The notes beneath the pieces are model-generated. The model was not told the DNA's origin. It saw only the letters and a program-made list of their open reading frames with translations, and did no database searches. A stretch of 64,000 bases of DNA from an uncultured Alphaproteobacteria bacterium (GTDB lineage Bacteria; Pseudomonadota; Alphaproteobacteria; Rhizobiales; Xanthobacteraceae). This document shows, piece after piece, positions 29,746 through 40,235 of the stretch. Where the stretch lies: assembly GCA_963733315.1 (NCBI GenBank), contig CAVTCV010000023.1, positions 8,035-72,034 of the forward strand, read 5' to 3'. Position 1 is the first letter of the stretch. Every line of letters starts with the position of its first letter. A program made the position numbers and the translations under genes.

Positions 29746-30592
29746 CCGCCGCCAATGGCATCGATCATGACGTCGGCGCGGCGCAAACGATGTTGCGCCG
29801 CTGCGCAGCCAATGTCGCGGCGGCGTTCACAATCCTGTTACGTCCTGCGCGACGCACGCAAAATGCATGGCCGATGACCGGCCGACAACTTGCGATCGGC
29901 GCTGGCGCGGCGCTGGCGTTGTTTCTTGTAGTGATGGTGCTGTTCGACGCCGCAATGATCCGCGCGGTCGGGCATTTGCCAAGCTGGCTGGTCTGGTTCT
30001 TCGACCAGATCACCGACTTCGGCAAATCCGGCTGGTTCCTGTGGCCGCTCGGCATTTTGTTTCTGGTGCTGGCCGCGCTGCCGAGTCTGCCGCGCGTGCC
30101 GCAACTCGTGCTTTCCGCCATCATGGTGCGGGTCGGATTTCTGTTCGCCGCCATCGCCGCGCCCAGCCTGTTCGACACCATCATCAAGCGCATGATCGGC
30201 CGCGCGCGGCCGTTGGTCGGCGGCAGCCTTGATCCCTATCTGTTCAGCCCGTTCAAATGGACCGCCGAATACGCCAGCCTGCCGTCCGGCCATGCCACCA
30301 CGGCCTTCGCGGTGGTGGTGGCCTTCGGGACGCTGTGGCCGCGCGCACGGACCGTCTTGTGGGTCTATGCCTTGCTGATCGCGGTGAGCCGCGTGGTGCT
30401 GACCGCGCATTATCCAAGCGACGTGCTGGCCGCGGCCGCGGTCGGAGTTGTCGGGCGCACTCCTGGTGCGCCGCTGGTTTGCCTTGCGCGGCCTGGGTTT
30501 TTCCATCACCGCCGGACGGCGCTATTCACCAATTTCCGGGGCCGTCGCTGCAACGGATCAAATCTGTTGCCCGCGCGCTGCTGGCTGAATAA
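29742..30592 (+). CDS. PAP2 family phosphatase, LpxE-like (frameshift near 30460)
   Basis: KRMIGRARP, PSGH, SRVVLTAHYPSD motifs. Confidence 0.88.
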
Positions 30593-30632
30593 GAAGCACG
30601 CGCATGGCCGGCCGGCCGACGGGACCCTAACG

Positions 30633-31364
30633 ATGAATGCCAATGATCCAGCGGTTTCCGTCGTGGTGCCGGTGCGCAACGAAGCCGGCAATATCGAGCC
30701 CTTGGTCAAGGAAATCGCGCAAGCGCTCGACGGCCAATGGCCGTTCGAGGTCGTCTACGTCAATGACGGCTCGAGCGACGGCACCGAAGCCGAACTGCGG
30801 CGATTGATGGCGCAATATCCCTGGCTGCGCCACCTACGGCACAAGCAGTCTTGCGGCCAGTCGGCGGCGGTACGTTCAGGTGTGGCGACAGCGCGCGCGC
30901 CGCTGATCGTGACGCTCGATGGTGACGGGCAGAACGATCCCGCTTTCATTCCAGCAATGCTGCGCGCGCTCGAAGCGGGCGCGCCGCGCCTCGGCTTGAT
31001 TGCCGGCCAGCGCGTCAAGCGCAAATCGGGCGGCTTCAAGAAATTGCAGTCGCGCATCGCCAACGCGGTGCGTGGCATGGTGCTACGCGACGGCACCCGC
31101 GACACCGGCTGTGGGCTAAAGGCATTCCGCCGCGACGTGTTCTTGAGGCTGCCGTATTTCGATGGCTTGCATCGCTTCCTGCCGGCGCTGGTCAAGCGTG
31201 AAGGCTGCGCGATCGGTTATGTCGACGTCGTCGACCGGCCGCGCGGCGCCGGCGTTTCGAATTACGGGATGTGGGACCGGCTGTGGATCGGCATCCTCGA
31301 TCTCGCCGGCGTATGGTGGCTGATCCGCCGCAAGAAACGTGTTCCGGAAATTGTAGAGGACTAA
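30633..31364 (+). CDS. GT2 polyprenyl-phosphate glycosyltransferase (ArnC-like)
   Basis: VVVPVRNE, NDGSSD, DGDGQND, DTGCGLK, HRFLP. Confidence 0.9.
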   Translation: MNANDPAVSVVVPVRNEAGNIEPLVKEIAQALDGQWPFEVVYVNDGSSDGTEAELRRLMAQYPWLRHLRHKQSCGQSAAVRSGVATARAPLIVTLDGDGQNDPAFIPAMLRALEAGAPRLGLIAGQRVKRKSGGFKKLQSRIANAVRGMVLRDGTRDTGCGLKAFRRDVFLRLPYFDGLHRFLPALVKREGCAIGYVDVVDRPRGAGVSNYGMWDRLWIGILDLAGVWWLIRRKKRVPEIVED

Positions 31365-31445
31365 CGCGTGATTCCGAAAAACTTGCACTCGGACCTGATC
31401 CGAGGGTAGGGAACCGGTTTTCGGACAAGATCACGCGCCACTAAA
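31361..31445. repeat. Palindromic intergenic repeat (rhizobial REP-like)
   Basis: CGCGTGATTCCGAAAA...TTTTCGGACAAGATCACGCG with an inner CTCGGA/TCCGAG hairpin; second copy at 31785. Confidence 0.7.
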
Positions 31446-31456
31446 GGAAGAGTCGT

Positions 31457-31787
31457 ATGCTCATCGATATCGCGCGTTCCGTCGGCGGCTACCTGCATGA
31501 CGTATTCCTCGGTAATATCGATTTGGGAATCCTCATCGGCTACGTGGCGCAGGTGATGTTCGCCATGCGTTTCGTGGTGCAATGGATCGCCTCCGAGCGC
31601 GCCGGCCGGAGCGTGGTGCCGACCGCGTTCTGGGTATTCTCGATCGGCGGCGGCCTGATGCTGCTTGGCTACGCCGCTCTACCGCAAAGATCCGGTGTTC
31701 ATCATTGGGCAGGCGTTCGGCGTGTTTGTCTACCTGCGCAATCTGCAGTTCGTCATCCGCAGCGGCGGGCAGGGTGCGCCGGCGTAG
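31457..31787 (+). CDS. Lipid A biosynthesis N-terminal (LAB_N) domain membrane protein (frameshifted)
   Basis: RFVVQWIASERAGRSVVPTAFW; DPVFIIGQ and YLRNL in the shifted frame. Confidence 0.88.
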
Positions 31788-31840
31788 CGCATGATTCCGA
31801 AGTGGGGCCCTTTTTCGGATAAGATCACGCGCAATCTAAA
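31785..31840. repeat. Palindromic intergenic repeat, second copy
   Basis: GCATGATTCCGAA...TTCGGATAAGATCACGC. Confidence 0.65.
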
Positions 31841-31843
31841 AAG

Positions 31844-33029
31844 TTATTTTGCTGCGGCCAGCGCCGCGAAGCCGCGCTCGAGATCGGCGATGAGGTCGTC
31901 GGGATCTTCAAGGCCGATGTGTAGGCGCAGCGTCGGCCCGCCCGGCGCCCATTTGGTCGCGGTGCGATACTCGCTGCAATCGAACAGAATCACCAGGCTC
32001 TCGAAGCCGCCCCACGAGAAGCCCATGCCGAACAGCGCGAGCTCGTTCATGAAGGCGTAGACGGATTTCTCCGACGTCGGCTTGAGCACGATGCTGAACA
32101 GCCCGCAGGCGCCGGAAAAATCCCGTTGCCAGATCTTGTGGCCGGGATCGCTTTCCAGCGCCGGATGCAGCACCCGCAGCACTTCCGGGCGGCTCTCCAG
32201 CCAGCGCGCGACGCGCAGGCCGGACTCGTAGTGGCGCGCAAGGCGCACGCCCATGCGTGCGCAACCCGCGCAGCGCGAGAAACATGTCGTCGGGCCCGAC
32301 GCATAGGCCCATCTGTTGCACGACGGTCTTGAGCGCGGGCAGCGTCTTCGCGTTCGCCGACACGCAGCCGAACATGATGTCGGAATGGCCGCCGATATAT
32401 TTGGTGCCGGCCTGGATCGACAGGTCGATGCCTTTGTCGAGCGCGCGGAAATAAAGCGGCGTCGCCCAGGTATTGTCCATCAGCACCACGGCGCCCTTGT
32501 CGTGCGCGACCGCGGCGATGGCCGGGATGTCCTGCATCTCGAAACTTTGCGAGCCGGGCGCTTCGACGAACACCGCCTTGGTGTTCGGCTTGAACAGTTT
32601 GGCGATGTCGGCGCCGATCAGCGGATCGTAATAGGTCGTCGTTACGCCCATGCGCTTGAACACGCCCTCGCAGAAATTGCGGGTCGGGCGATAGACGCTG
32701 TCGGTGACCAGGAGATGGTCGCCTGAGCCGGCGACCGACATCAGCGCGGTCGAAATCGCGGCGAGACCCGACGGCAACAGAGCGACGCCGGCGCAGGCCT
32801 CGCCCTCGATCGCGGCGAGCGCCTGTTCCAGCGCTTCCGACGTCGGGGTGCCGCGGCGGCCGTATTGGTAGCGCGAGCGGTGCGCGACCTGATCCTCGGC
32901 GGTTGGGTAAAGCACTGTCGAGGCGTGATAAACCGCCGGATTGACGAAGCCGTGCTGGCCTTTGGTGTCGCGCCCGGCAGTCACCAGTCGGGTTTCCGGT
33001 TTGACCGGACTTTTGGGAGGCTTCGCCAT
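31844..33029 (-). CDS. metC: Cystathionine beta-lyase (frameshift near 32255)
   Basis: VNPAVYHASTVL, YGRRGTPT, DNTWATP, AGTKYIGGHSD PLP lysine, SWGGFESL. Confidence 0.93.
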
Positions 33030-33281
33030 GGCGGTCGGTAGATCCACGTTGACAGCCGCGCGGAACCGCGGCGACGGGCGCCATATACGGACGCATCGGC
33101 GTGAAGCGTCAACCCCTTGACCTCGGACCGTGATCGTTCTGAGATGCTGGGCATCGAGGGCTCGGGACCAAGGCCAGAACGTGCATTTTCTCCACGCCGG
33201 GGCTCGGAACCCGGCGATGGGCAAAATGTTTGGCCGATCCGTACGATCCCATAACCGAATTTGCGTCAAAGAGGTTGCGTC

Positions 33282-34292
33282 ATGAAACGCTTTGCCAGTT
33301 TGCTTGCTCTTGCCCTCGTTGTCGCCGCGCATAGCGCATCCGCTCAGACGCTGAAGGCGGTGACCGATCGCGGCATTCTCAACTGCGGCGCCAACGGCAC
33401 ACTCGCCGGCTTCGGCTTGCCCGACGCGCAAGGCAAATGGACCGGCCTCGACGTCGACGTCTGCCGCGCCATCGCCGCTGCGGTTTTCAATGATGCCAAC
33501 AAGGTCAAGTTCGTGCCGCTGTCGGCGAAGGACCGCTTCACCGCCCTTCAGTCGGGCGAGGTCGATGTGCTGGTGCGCAACACCACATGGACGTCGTCGC
33601 GCGATAGTTCGCTGGGCTTGAGCTTCACCGGCGTCGATTATTACGATGGCCAGGGCTTCATGGTGCGCAAGTCGCTGAAAGTGAATTCGGCGCTCGAATT
33701 GGGCGACGCATCGGTCTGCGTGCAGCAGGGCACCACGACCGAACTCAACCTCGCCGACTTCTTCCACGCCCATAACATGAAGCTGAAGACGGTGACCTTC
33801 GCGACCGCAAACGAAGCGGTGAAGGCCTATGACGCCGGCCGCTGCAACTCCTACACCACCGACGCCTCCGGCCTTTATGCCGAGCGCCTGCGCCTCGCCA
33901 ATCCGAACGACCACATCATTCTGCCCGAGATCATCTCCAAAGAGCCGCTCGGTCCGGTGGTGCGCCAGGGCGACGACAAATGGTTCACCGTCGTGAAGTG
34001 GGTGCTGTTCGCCATGGTCAACGCCGAAGAGCTGGGCATCACCTCCAAGAATGTCGACGACATGATGAAATCGACCAACCCGGACGTGAAACGCTTGGTC
34101 GGTACCGAGGGTAATTACGGCGAGCAGATCGGCCTCGCCAAGGATTGGGCGGTTCGCATCATCAAGCTGGTCGGCAATTACGGCGAGTCGTTCGAGCGCA
34201 ACGTGGGGCAGGGCTCACCACTCAAGATCGACCGCGGTTTGAACAAGTTGTGGAACAAAGGCGGTATCCTTTACGCGCCGCCGATCCGCTGA
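33282..34292 (+). CDS. aapJ: General L-amino acid ABC transporter substrate-binding protein
   Basis: RFTALQSGEVD, RNTTWT, ISKEPLGP, GNYGESFERN. Confidence 0.92.
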   Translation: MKRFASLLALALVVAAHSASAQTLKAVTDRGILNCGANGTLAGFGLPDAQGKWTGLDVDVCRAIAAAVFNDANKVKFVPLSAKDRFTALQSGEVDVLVRNTTWTSSRDSSLGLSFTGVDYYDGQGFMVRKSLKVNSALELGDASVCVQQGTTTELNLADFFHAHNMKLKTVTFATANEAVKAYDAGRCNSYTTDASGLYAERLRLANPNDHIILPEIISKEPLGPVVRQGDDKWFTVVKWVLFAMVNAEELGITSKNVDDMMKSTNPDVKRLVGTEGNYGEQIGLAKDWAVRIIKLVGNYGESFERNVGQGSPLKIDRGLNKLWNKGGILYAPPIR

Positions 34293-34388
34293 CCGGTATC
34301 TAAAGCCGCATCGCCGGCGGCCGCGCGCGGCGCCGGCGGTTCGGCGGGCGACGCCATCAGGGGGCGTCGCGAGGCCGACGAGGGGTAA

Positions 34389-35583
34389 ATGCCGATTGAC
34401 CTTCCGGCGGGGTCGCTCCCCGCGCGGGTTGCGTTCTACAACAACCCCAAGGTCCGCAGCATCGCCTATCAGGTCGTGCTTTGCGCGATCGTCGGATTTC
34501 TTGTCTTCGCGGCCGCCCGCAATGCCATCGACAATCTGGAACGCGCGCATATCGCCTCCGGCTTCGGCTTCTGGGGACACACCGCCGGCTTCGACATCAG
34601 CCAGACGCTGATCCCGTTCGAACTCGGCGAGCTCGAGCTACGGGCGCGCGTTCTATGTCGGTTTGCTCAACACCCTGCTGGTGGCGGGCCTCGGCGTCGT
34701 GTTCGCGACCATCCTCGGCTTCATCATCGGCATCGCGCGGCTGTCGAAGAACTGGCTGGTGGCCAAGGCGGCGAGCGGTTACGTAGAGACCATCCGCAAC
34801 ATCCCGCTGCTGCTGCAACTGCTGTTCTGGTACAATGCCGTGCTCAAGGCGCTGCCGGCAATCCGCGACAGCTTCGTCGTTCCCGGCGGCATCTATCTCA
34901 ACAATCGCGGGCTGTTCCTCCCGCTGCCGATTTTAAAAGGCGGTTTCGGCTTTGTGCTGGCCGCGCTCGCCGTCGGGGTGATCGGCGCCATTGCCTTTTA
35001 TGTGTGGGCGCGCAAGCGGCAGGAGCAAACCGGCCAGCAGGCGCCGGTTTTTTCGGTGGCCTTGGCGCTGGTGATCGGCCTGCCGCTGCTCGTCTTCGCG
35101 CTCGCCGGATTTCCGCTGGCATTCGAATTTCCCAAGACCGGACGCTTCAATATCGAAGGCGGCATCGAGGTGCTGCCAGAATTCGCCGCGCTGTTGTTCG
35201 GCCTGACCATCTACACGGCGGCGTTCATCGCCGAAGTGGTGCGCGCCGGCATCACCGCGGTGTCGCGCGGGCAGACCGAGGCGGCCTATTCGCTCGGTAT
35301 GAAGGCGGGGCCGACGCTGCGGTTGATCGTGGTGCCGCAGGCGATGCGCGTGATTATCCCGCCGCTCACAAGCCAATACCTGAACCTGACCAAGAACTCC
35401 TCGCTGGCGGTGGCGATCGGCTATCCAGATCTGGTGCAGGTGTTCACCGGCACGGTGCTGAACCAGACTGGCCAAGCGGTCGAAGTCGTCGCCATCACCA
35501 TGGCGGTCTATCTCGCCATCAGCCTCACCACGTCGTTGCTGATGAACATCTACAACAGCCGCATCGCGCTGGTGGAAAGGTGA
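34389..35583 (+). CDS. aapQ: Amino acid ABC transporter permease (frameshift near 34630)
   Basis: RNIPLLLQL, AEVVRAGI, YLNLTKNSSLA. Confidence 0.9.
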
Positions 35584-35593
35584 GATCGGCGCC

Positions 35594-36760
35594 ATGACGA
35601 TGTCCGAAGGCGATCTCGCCGTCACCGAAATAAAATTCGTCCGCCAGGCAACTCTTGCGCCACGCCCGGCGCCGATGGCGATGACCGGCGCGCTCGGTTG
35701 GCTGCGCGCCAATCTGCTGTCGAGCCCGTTCAACATCGCGCTGACGATCCTGATCGCCCTGCTGTTCGCCTGGGTGATCCCCGAGCTGGTCAAATTCCTG
35801 CTGATCGATGCGGTGTGGACCGGCGCTGACCGCGACGCTTGCCGCGAAGTGGTGCAGCATCGCGAAATCGGCGCCTGCTGGCCGTTTGTCTGGGAACGCT
35901 GGTCCTATTTCGTTTACGGCTCCTATCCGATCCCCGAGCGATGGCGGGTCGACGTGTTCTTCACGATGCTGGCGATCGGCGTCGTCTGGATGCTGTGGCT
36001 GGAGGCGCCGCGGCGCGATCTCGGCTCGGTCTATTTCTTCGTCGTGGTGCCGATCTGCTCCTTTATCCTGCTCACCGGCTGGCGTGCGATTGGCCTTGAG
36101 CCGGTCGACACCGCGCTGTGGGGCGGCATCCTGGTGACCATCGTCGTCGCCTCGGTCGGCATCGTGCTCTCGCTGCCGCTTGGAATATTGCTGGCGCTCG
36201 GCCGGCGCTCGCGCATGCCCGCGGTGCGGCTGTTTTCGGTGATTTTCATCGAATTCGTGCGCGGCGTGCCGCTGGTGACGGTGCTGTTCATGGCGAGCGT
36301 GATGCTGCCGCTGTTCGTGCCCGAGGAATACTCCCCGGACAAATTGGTGCGCGCGCTGATCGGTATCGCGCTGTTCGCCTCGGCCTATATGGCGGAAGTG
36401 GTGCGCGCCGGCTTGCAGGCGATCCCGAAGGGGCAATTCGAAGGCGCCATGGCGGTCGGCCTCGGCTATTGGCAGATGATGCGGCTGATCATCCTGCCGC
36501 AGGCGCTCAAGATCACCATCCCGAACATCGTCAACACCTATATCGGCCTGTTCAAGGACACCACGCTGGTGTTCATCGTCGGGATTTTCGATTTCCTGCG
36601 CACGGTCGAGGTCGCCCGCATCGATCCGAAATGGGCGACGCCGGTTACCAGCACGACCGGTTACGCGGTCGCGGCGATGTTCTATCTGATCTTCTGCTAC
36701 GCCATGTCGCGCTATGCCCGCGCGATGGAAGCGAGATTGGCGCGGGGCGACAGACGTTGA
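35594..36760 (+). CDS. aapM: Amino acid ABC transporter permease
   Basis: RGVPL, AEVVRAGLQA, LFKDTTL. Confidence 0.9.
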   Translation: MTMSEGDLAVTEIKFVRQATLAPRPAPMAMTGALGWLRANLLSSPFNIALTILIALLFAWVIPELVKFLLIDAVWTGADRDACREVVQHREIGACWPFVWERWSYFVYGSYPIPERWRVDVFFTMLAIGVVWMLWLEAPRRDLGSVYFFVVVPICSFILLTGWRAIGLEPVDTALWGGILVTIVVASVGIVLSLPLGILLALGRRSRMPAVRLFSVIFIEFVRGVPLVTVLFMASVMLPLFVPEEYSPDKLVRALIGIALFASAYMAEVVRAGLQAIPKGQFEGAMAVGLGYWQMMRLIILPQALKITIPNIVNTYIGLFKDTTLVFIVGIFDFLRTVEVARIDPKWATPVTSTTGYAVAAMFYLIFCYAMSRYARAMEARLARGDRR

Positions 36761-36769
36761 GGTGAGGCT

Positions 36770-37555
36770 ATGAGTTCCACCGAAAATTCAACGCGCCGGT
36801 TCAAGCCGATGCCGCTCGCCACGCCGGTCGCGGTCGAACTCATCGGCATGAACAAATGGTACGGCGAGTTCCACGTCTTGCGCGACATCAATCTGAAGGT
36901 GATGGGCGGCGAGCGCATCGTGATCTGCGGCCCGTCGGGCTCGGGCAAATCGACCATGATCCGCTGCATCAACCGACTGGAGGAGCATCAGCAGGGCAGG
37001 ATTATCGTCGACGGCATCGAGCTCGCCAACGATCTCAAGAAGATCGACGAGGTGCGGCGCGAGGTTGGCATGGTGTTCCAGCATTTCAATTTGTTTCCGC
37101 ATCTCACCGTGCTTGACAACTGCACGCTGGCGCCGATTTGGGTGCGCAAGATGCCGAAAAAGGAGGCCGAGGAGATCGCGATGCATTACCTCGCGCGGGT
37201 CAAGATCCCGGAGCAGGCCGGCAAATATCCCGGCCAACTCTCTGGCGGCCAGCAGCAGCGCGTGGCGATCGCGCGCGCGCTGTGCATGAACCCGAAAATC
37301 ATGCTGTTCGACGAGCCGACCTCCGCGCTCGATCCGGAAATGGTCAAGGAGGTGCTCGACACCATGGTCGGCCTCGCCATGGACGGCATGACCATGCTGG
37401 TGGTGACGCACGAAATGGGCTTTGCCCGCCAGGTCGCCAACCGCATCGTGTTCATGGACCAGGGCCAGATCGTCGAGGCCAACGTGCCGGAAGAGTTCTT
37501 CGCCCACCCGCAGCACGAGCGCACCAAGCTGTTCCTGAGCCAGATTCTGCACTAG
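36770..37555 (+). CDS. aapP: Amino acid ABC transporter ATP-binding protein
   Basis: [26 protein letters not shown]. Confidence 0.93.
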   Translation: MSSTENSTRRFKPMPLATPVAVELIGMNKWYGEFHVLRDINLKVMGGERIVICGPSGSGKSTMIRCINRLEEHQQGRIIVDGIELANDLKKIDEVRREVGMVFQHFNLFPHLTVLDNCTLAPIWVRKMPKKEAEEIAMHYLARVKIPEQAGKYPGQLSGGQQQRVAIARALCMNPKIMLFDEPTSALDPEMVKEVLDTMVGLAMDGMTMLVVTHEMGFARQVANRIVFMDQGQIVEANVPEEFFAHPQHERTKLFLSQILH

Positions 37556-37560
37556 CGCGC

Positions 37561-38598
37561 TTAGTGGACGAGTGGCCCTTGCGCCCGCTTCCAGGCGTCG
37601 ATGCCGCCCTCGACATGCAGGGCGGCGATGAGGCCTGCGTCCTGCGCGGCCTGCACCGCCATGGCCGAGCGCTCGCCGAACGCGCAGTAGAACACAATGC
37701 GCTTATCGCTTGAGCGCGCGAGTTCGCGCAATATGCCGCCGGCGCTGATGTTCTCCTGCAACTCGACGTAAGGCGCGTGCAGCGCGCCGGGAATGCTGCC
37801 GTGCTTGGCGCGCTCGCCCGCCTCGCGCAGGTCGATGAAGGCAACGTCCGGCCGGCCGAGCAGGGCGATCGCCTCCGCCGGCTGCAACGCCCAGCCACGG
37901 CGCGCGATCTCCTGCTGCGCCAGCCCGATCTTCATGTTGGATGGCACGGCGACGTCCATCATCTTCGGATTCGGTAGCTTGAGGTTGGCCATCAGCGCGA
38001 CATAGTCGTCGATCGACTTCACCTGCAGGCGCGGATTGTAGCGCTTCTCCTCGCCGATGGTGGAGACGGTGTCGCCTTTGTAGTCGTGCGCCGGGAACAC
38101 CAGCGTCTCGTCCGGCAGCCGCAGCAGTTTGCCGAACAGCGATTCATATTGCGCGCGGGCGTCGCCGTTCTGGAAATCGGTGCGCCCGGTGCCGCGGATC
38201 AGCAGCGTGTCGCCGGTGAAGACGCGGTCACGCATCAAAAAGCTGTAGGAGTCGTCGGTGTGGCCGGGCGTGTAGAGCACGTCCAGCGCGAGGCCCTCGA
38301 TGGTGAGCTTGTCGCCTTCGGCAAGCCGCATCGAGACGACGTCCGCCTTGGTGTTCTCGCCCATCACGGTGATGCAGTGGGTGCGGTCGCGCAAAGCGCC
38401 GAGACCGGTGATGTGGTCGGCATGCAGGTGTGTATCGACCGCCTTGACCAGCCTGAGGTCGAGCTCGCGGATCAATTGCAGATAGCGATCGACCTTCTCC
38501 AGCACCGGATCGATGATCAGCGCCTCACCGCTCGCGCGGGACGCGAGCAGGTAGGAGTAGGTACCCGAAACGCTGTCGAACAATTGGCGGAAGATCAT
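37561..38598 (-). CDS. Persulfide dioxygenase (ETHE1-like MBL)-rhodanese fusion
   Basis: MIFRQLFD, THLHADH, GRTDFQ, PAHDY; C-terminal rhodanese FYCAFGERS. Confidence 0.9.
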   Translation of the reverse strand: MIFRQLFDSVSGTYSYLLASRASGEALIIDPVLEKVDRYLQLIRELDLRLVKAVDTHLHADHITGLGALRDRTHCITVMGENTKADVVSMRLAEGDKLTIEGLALDVLYTPGHTDDSYSFLMRDRVFTGDTLLIRGTGRTDFQNGDARAQYESLFGKLLRLPDETLVFPAHDYKGDTVSTIGEEKRYNPRLQVKSIDDYVALMANLKLPNPKMMDVAVPSNMKIGLAQQEIARRGWALQPAEAIALLGRPDVAFIDLREAGERAKHGSIPGALHAPYVELQENISAGGILRELARSSDKRIVFYCAFGERSAMAVQAAQDAGLIAALHVEGGIDAWKRAQGPLVH

Positions 38599-38766
38599 GG
38601 GCGGCCCCGCGCCGTTTGCCGAGTCACATGCAACAATTCGTATATAAGGGACGCCGGCCGGAATGCCTAGAGCGCAGCGGCGGAAACCATGCGCGCTGCC
38701 GGCTAATTCCCACAAACGTTTGATATTTCGCAATGCACCGCTCTGGTCCAGGGCGACGATGCCGCC

Positions 38767-39375
38767 ATGGGCGTAGCGAATGCCGACTTTCGGACGCTGT
38801 ACGACGCGAACCGCGAGCGCATCCGCGGGCTGTTGGCGCGCATGGCCGGGCCGCAGAACGCGGACGACCTGATGCAAGCGACATTCATTAAGGCGGCCGG
38901 GGCGATGCCGAGCTTCCGTGGCGACGCGGAGGCGGCCACTTGGCTGCATCGTATCGCGATCAACGTGGCCTTGGATTGGTTGCGCAGCCGGCCGACACAC
39001 GAAGCCGCGCTGGCCGTTTCGCTCGATCTCGCCGACGCCGAAAGCCAGGCCGCGACGGTCGAGAGGCCGGCGTCGCCGGAGCAGGAGGTCGCGGAAAAGG
39101 ACATGAAGGCCTGCTTTCGCGGCGAGATCGCGAAGCTGCCGCCAAATTATCGCGAGGTCCTTACACTGAGCGCGCTGGGCGAACTCGGCGACGAGGAGAT
39201 AGCCAAGGCTCTGGGCATCAGTCAGGCCAGCGCCAAGGCCCGGCTGCACCGGGCGCGCAATGAGTTAAAAAAAGTCATCGCAGCGCGCTGCGACTTTTAT
39301 CGCAACGAGCTGTCCTGCAAGCCCAGTTCGCCGCAATGCTGCGCGCCGGCGTCGGCGGCCGACACAGGGCATTAG
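38767..39375 (+). CDS. ECF sigma factor with Cys-rich C-terminal tail
   Basis: Region 2 (DDLMQATF, WLHRIAINVALD), region 4 (IAKALGIS...KARLHRAR), tail CDFYRNELSCKPSSPQCC. Confidence 0.88.
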   Translation: MGVANADFRTLYDANRERIRGLLARMAGPQNADDLMQATFIKAAGAMPSFRGDAEAATWLHRIAINVALDWLRSRPTHEAALAVSLDLADAESQAATVERPASPEQEVAEKDMKACFRGEIAKLPPNYREVLTLSALGELGDEEIAKALGISQASAKARLHRARNELKKVIAARCDFYRNELSCKPSSPQCCAPASAADTGH

Positions 39376-39389
39376 TTCCGGCCGGCCCC

Positions 39390-39419
39390 TGTAACTTTTT
39401 CCATCTGCGCTCCGTCTAA
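39390..39419 (+). promoter_or_regulatory. Candidate ECF promoter
   Basis: TGTAACTTT...CGTCTAA with AAC-N17-CGT spacing, just after the ECF gene. Confidence 0.65.
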
Positions 39420-39519
39420 AGAATTGGCAAGGACAGGAGCCGCCCGAACGGCAGCCTCCCTGTCCCGACGCCGGACGCGGCCGCACGCTCATGCGGCCTG
39501 CCAAACATGGAGAAAGACA

Positions 39520-39750
39520 ATGAGGATAGGCAGTTGGAGATTTCTCACCGTTATTGCCGTCGCGGTGATGCTGCCGCTTCGCGCGATGGCTCAGCAGCAG
39601 CCCGTTCCGCCGTACGGGCCCTGGTTCATGTGGGCAGACTGGTCGTTCTGGTGGATCTGTCCGCTGATGATGGTGGTCATGATTGTGCTCATGATGGCCG
39701 CGTGCCGTTTCATGTGCTCCTGGCACGGACACGGCGATCACCGACCGTAG
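39520..39750 (+). CDS. Small Met/Cys/Trp/His-rich membrane protein
   Basis: 76 aa: signal peptide, WWICPLMMVVMIVLMMAACRFMCSWHGHGDH; GGAG RBS. Confidence 0.6.
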   Translation: MRIGSWRFLTVIAVAVMLPLRAMAQQQPVPPYGPWFMWADWSFWWICPLMMVVMIVLMMAACRFMCSWHGHGDHRP

Positions 39751-39777
39751 GTGTGGCGTGGGTTCGCACGGCGCGCG

Positions 39778-40200
39778 CTATTGCAGGCCGCGGCGGAAGT
39801 CGCTTGGCGTGCGGCCGGCAACTTTCCGGAACGTCGCAGCGAAGGCGCTGCTTTCGCTGAAGCCGAGTTGCTGGCCGATCACCGTGACCGAAAGGGAGGC
39901 GTTCGCCAGCATACCCTTGGCGCGCTCGATGCGCCGATGGATATGATAGCGGTGCGGCGGCATGCCGAACGACTGCCGGAACGCCCGCGAGAAGTGAAAC
40001 GGACTCAACCGCGCCTGTTCAGCCAGCGCCGCCAGCGATACGTCGTCGGCGAGGTGGTCGTCGATGTAGTCGGCGACGCGTTTCTGCTGCCATGCTGCGA
40101 GCCCGCCGTGCACGACGGGGGCTAGTACGGGAACGCCATGATTGAGGCGCAGCAACTCGTGCAGCAAGACGAGACCGAGCGCCTCCGCATAAGCGCGCCC
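39778..40200 (-). pseudogene. AraC regulator, C-terminal HTH part only
   Basis: YAEALGLVLLHELLR, GGLAAWQQKR, LSPFHFSRAF, LGFSESSAF; N-terminal domain missing. Confidence 0.7.
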
Positions 40201-40235
40201 GTCATTGACCTTGACGGTTTTGGAAGGGGCGGGGC

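Noticed and set aside
29583-31364. Apparent PAP2-GT2 fusion ORF
   Set aside because: A frameshift near 30460 joins two normal adjacent genes.
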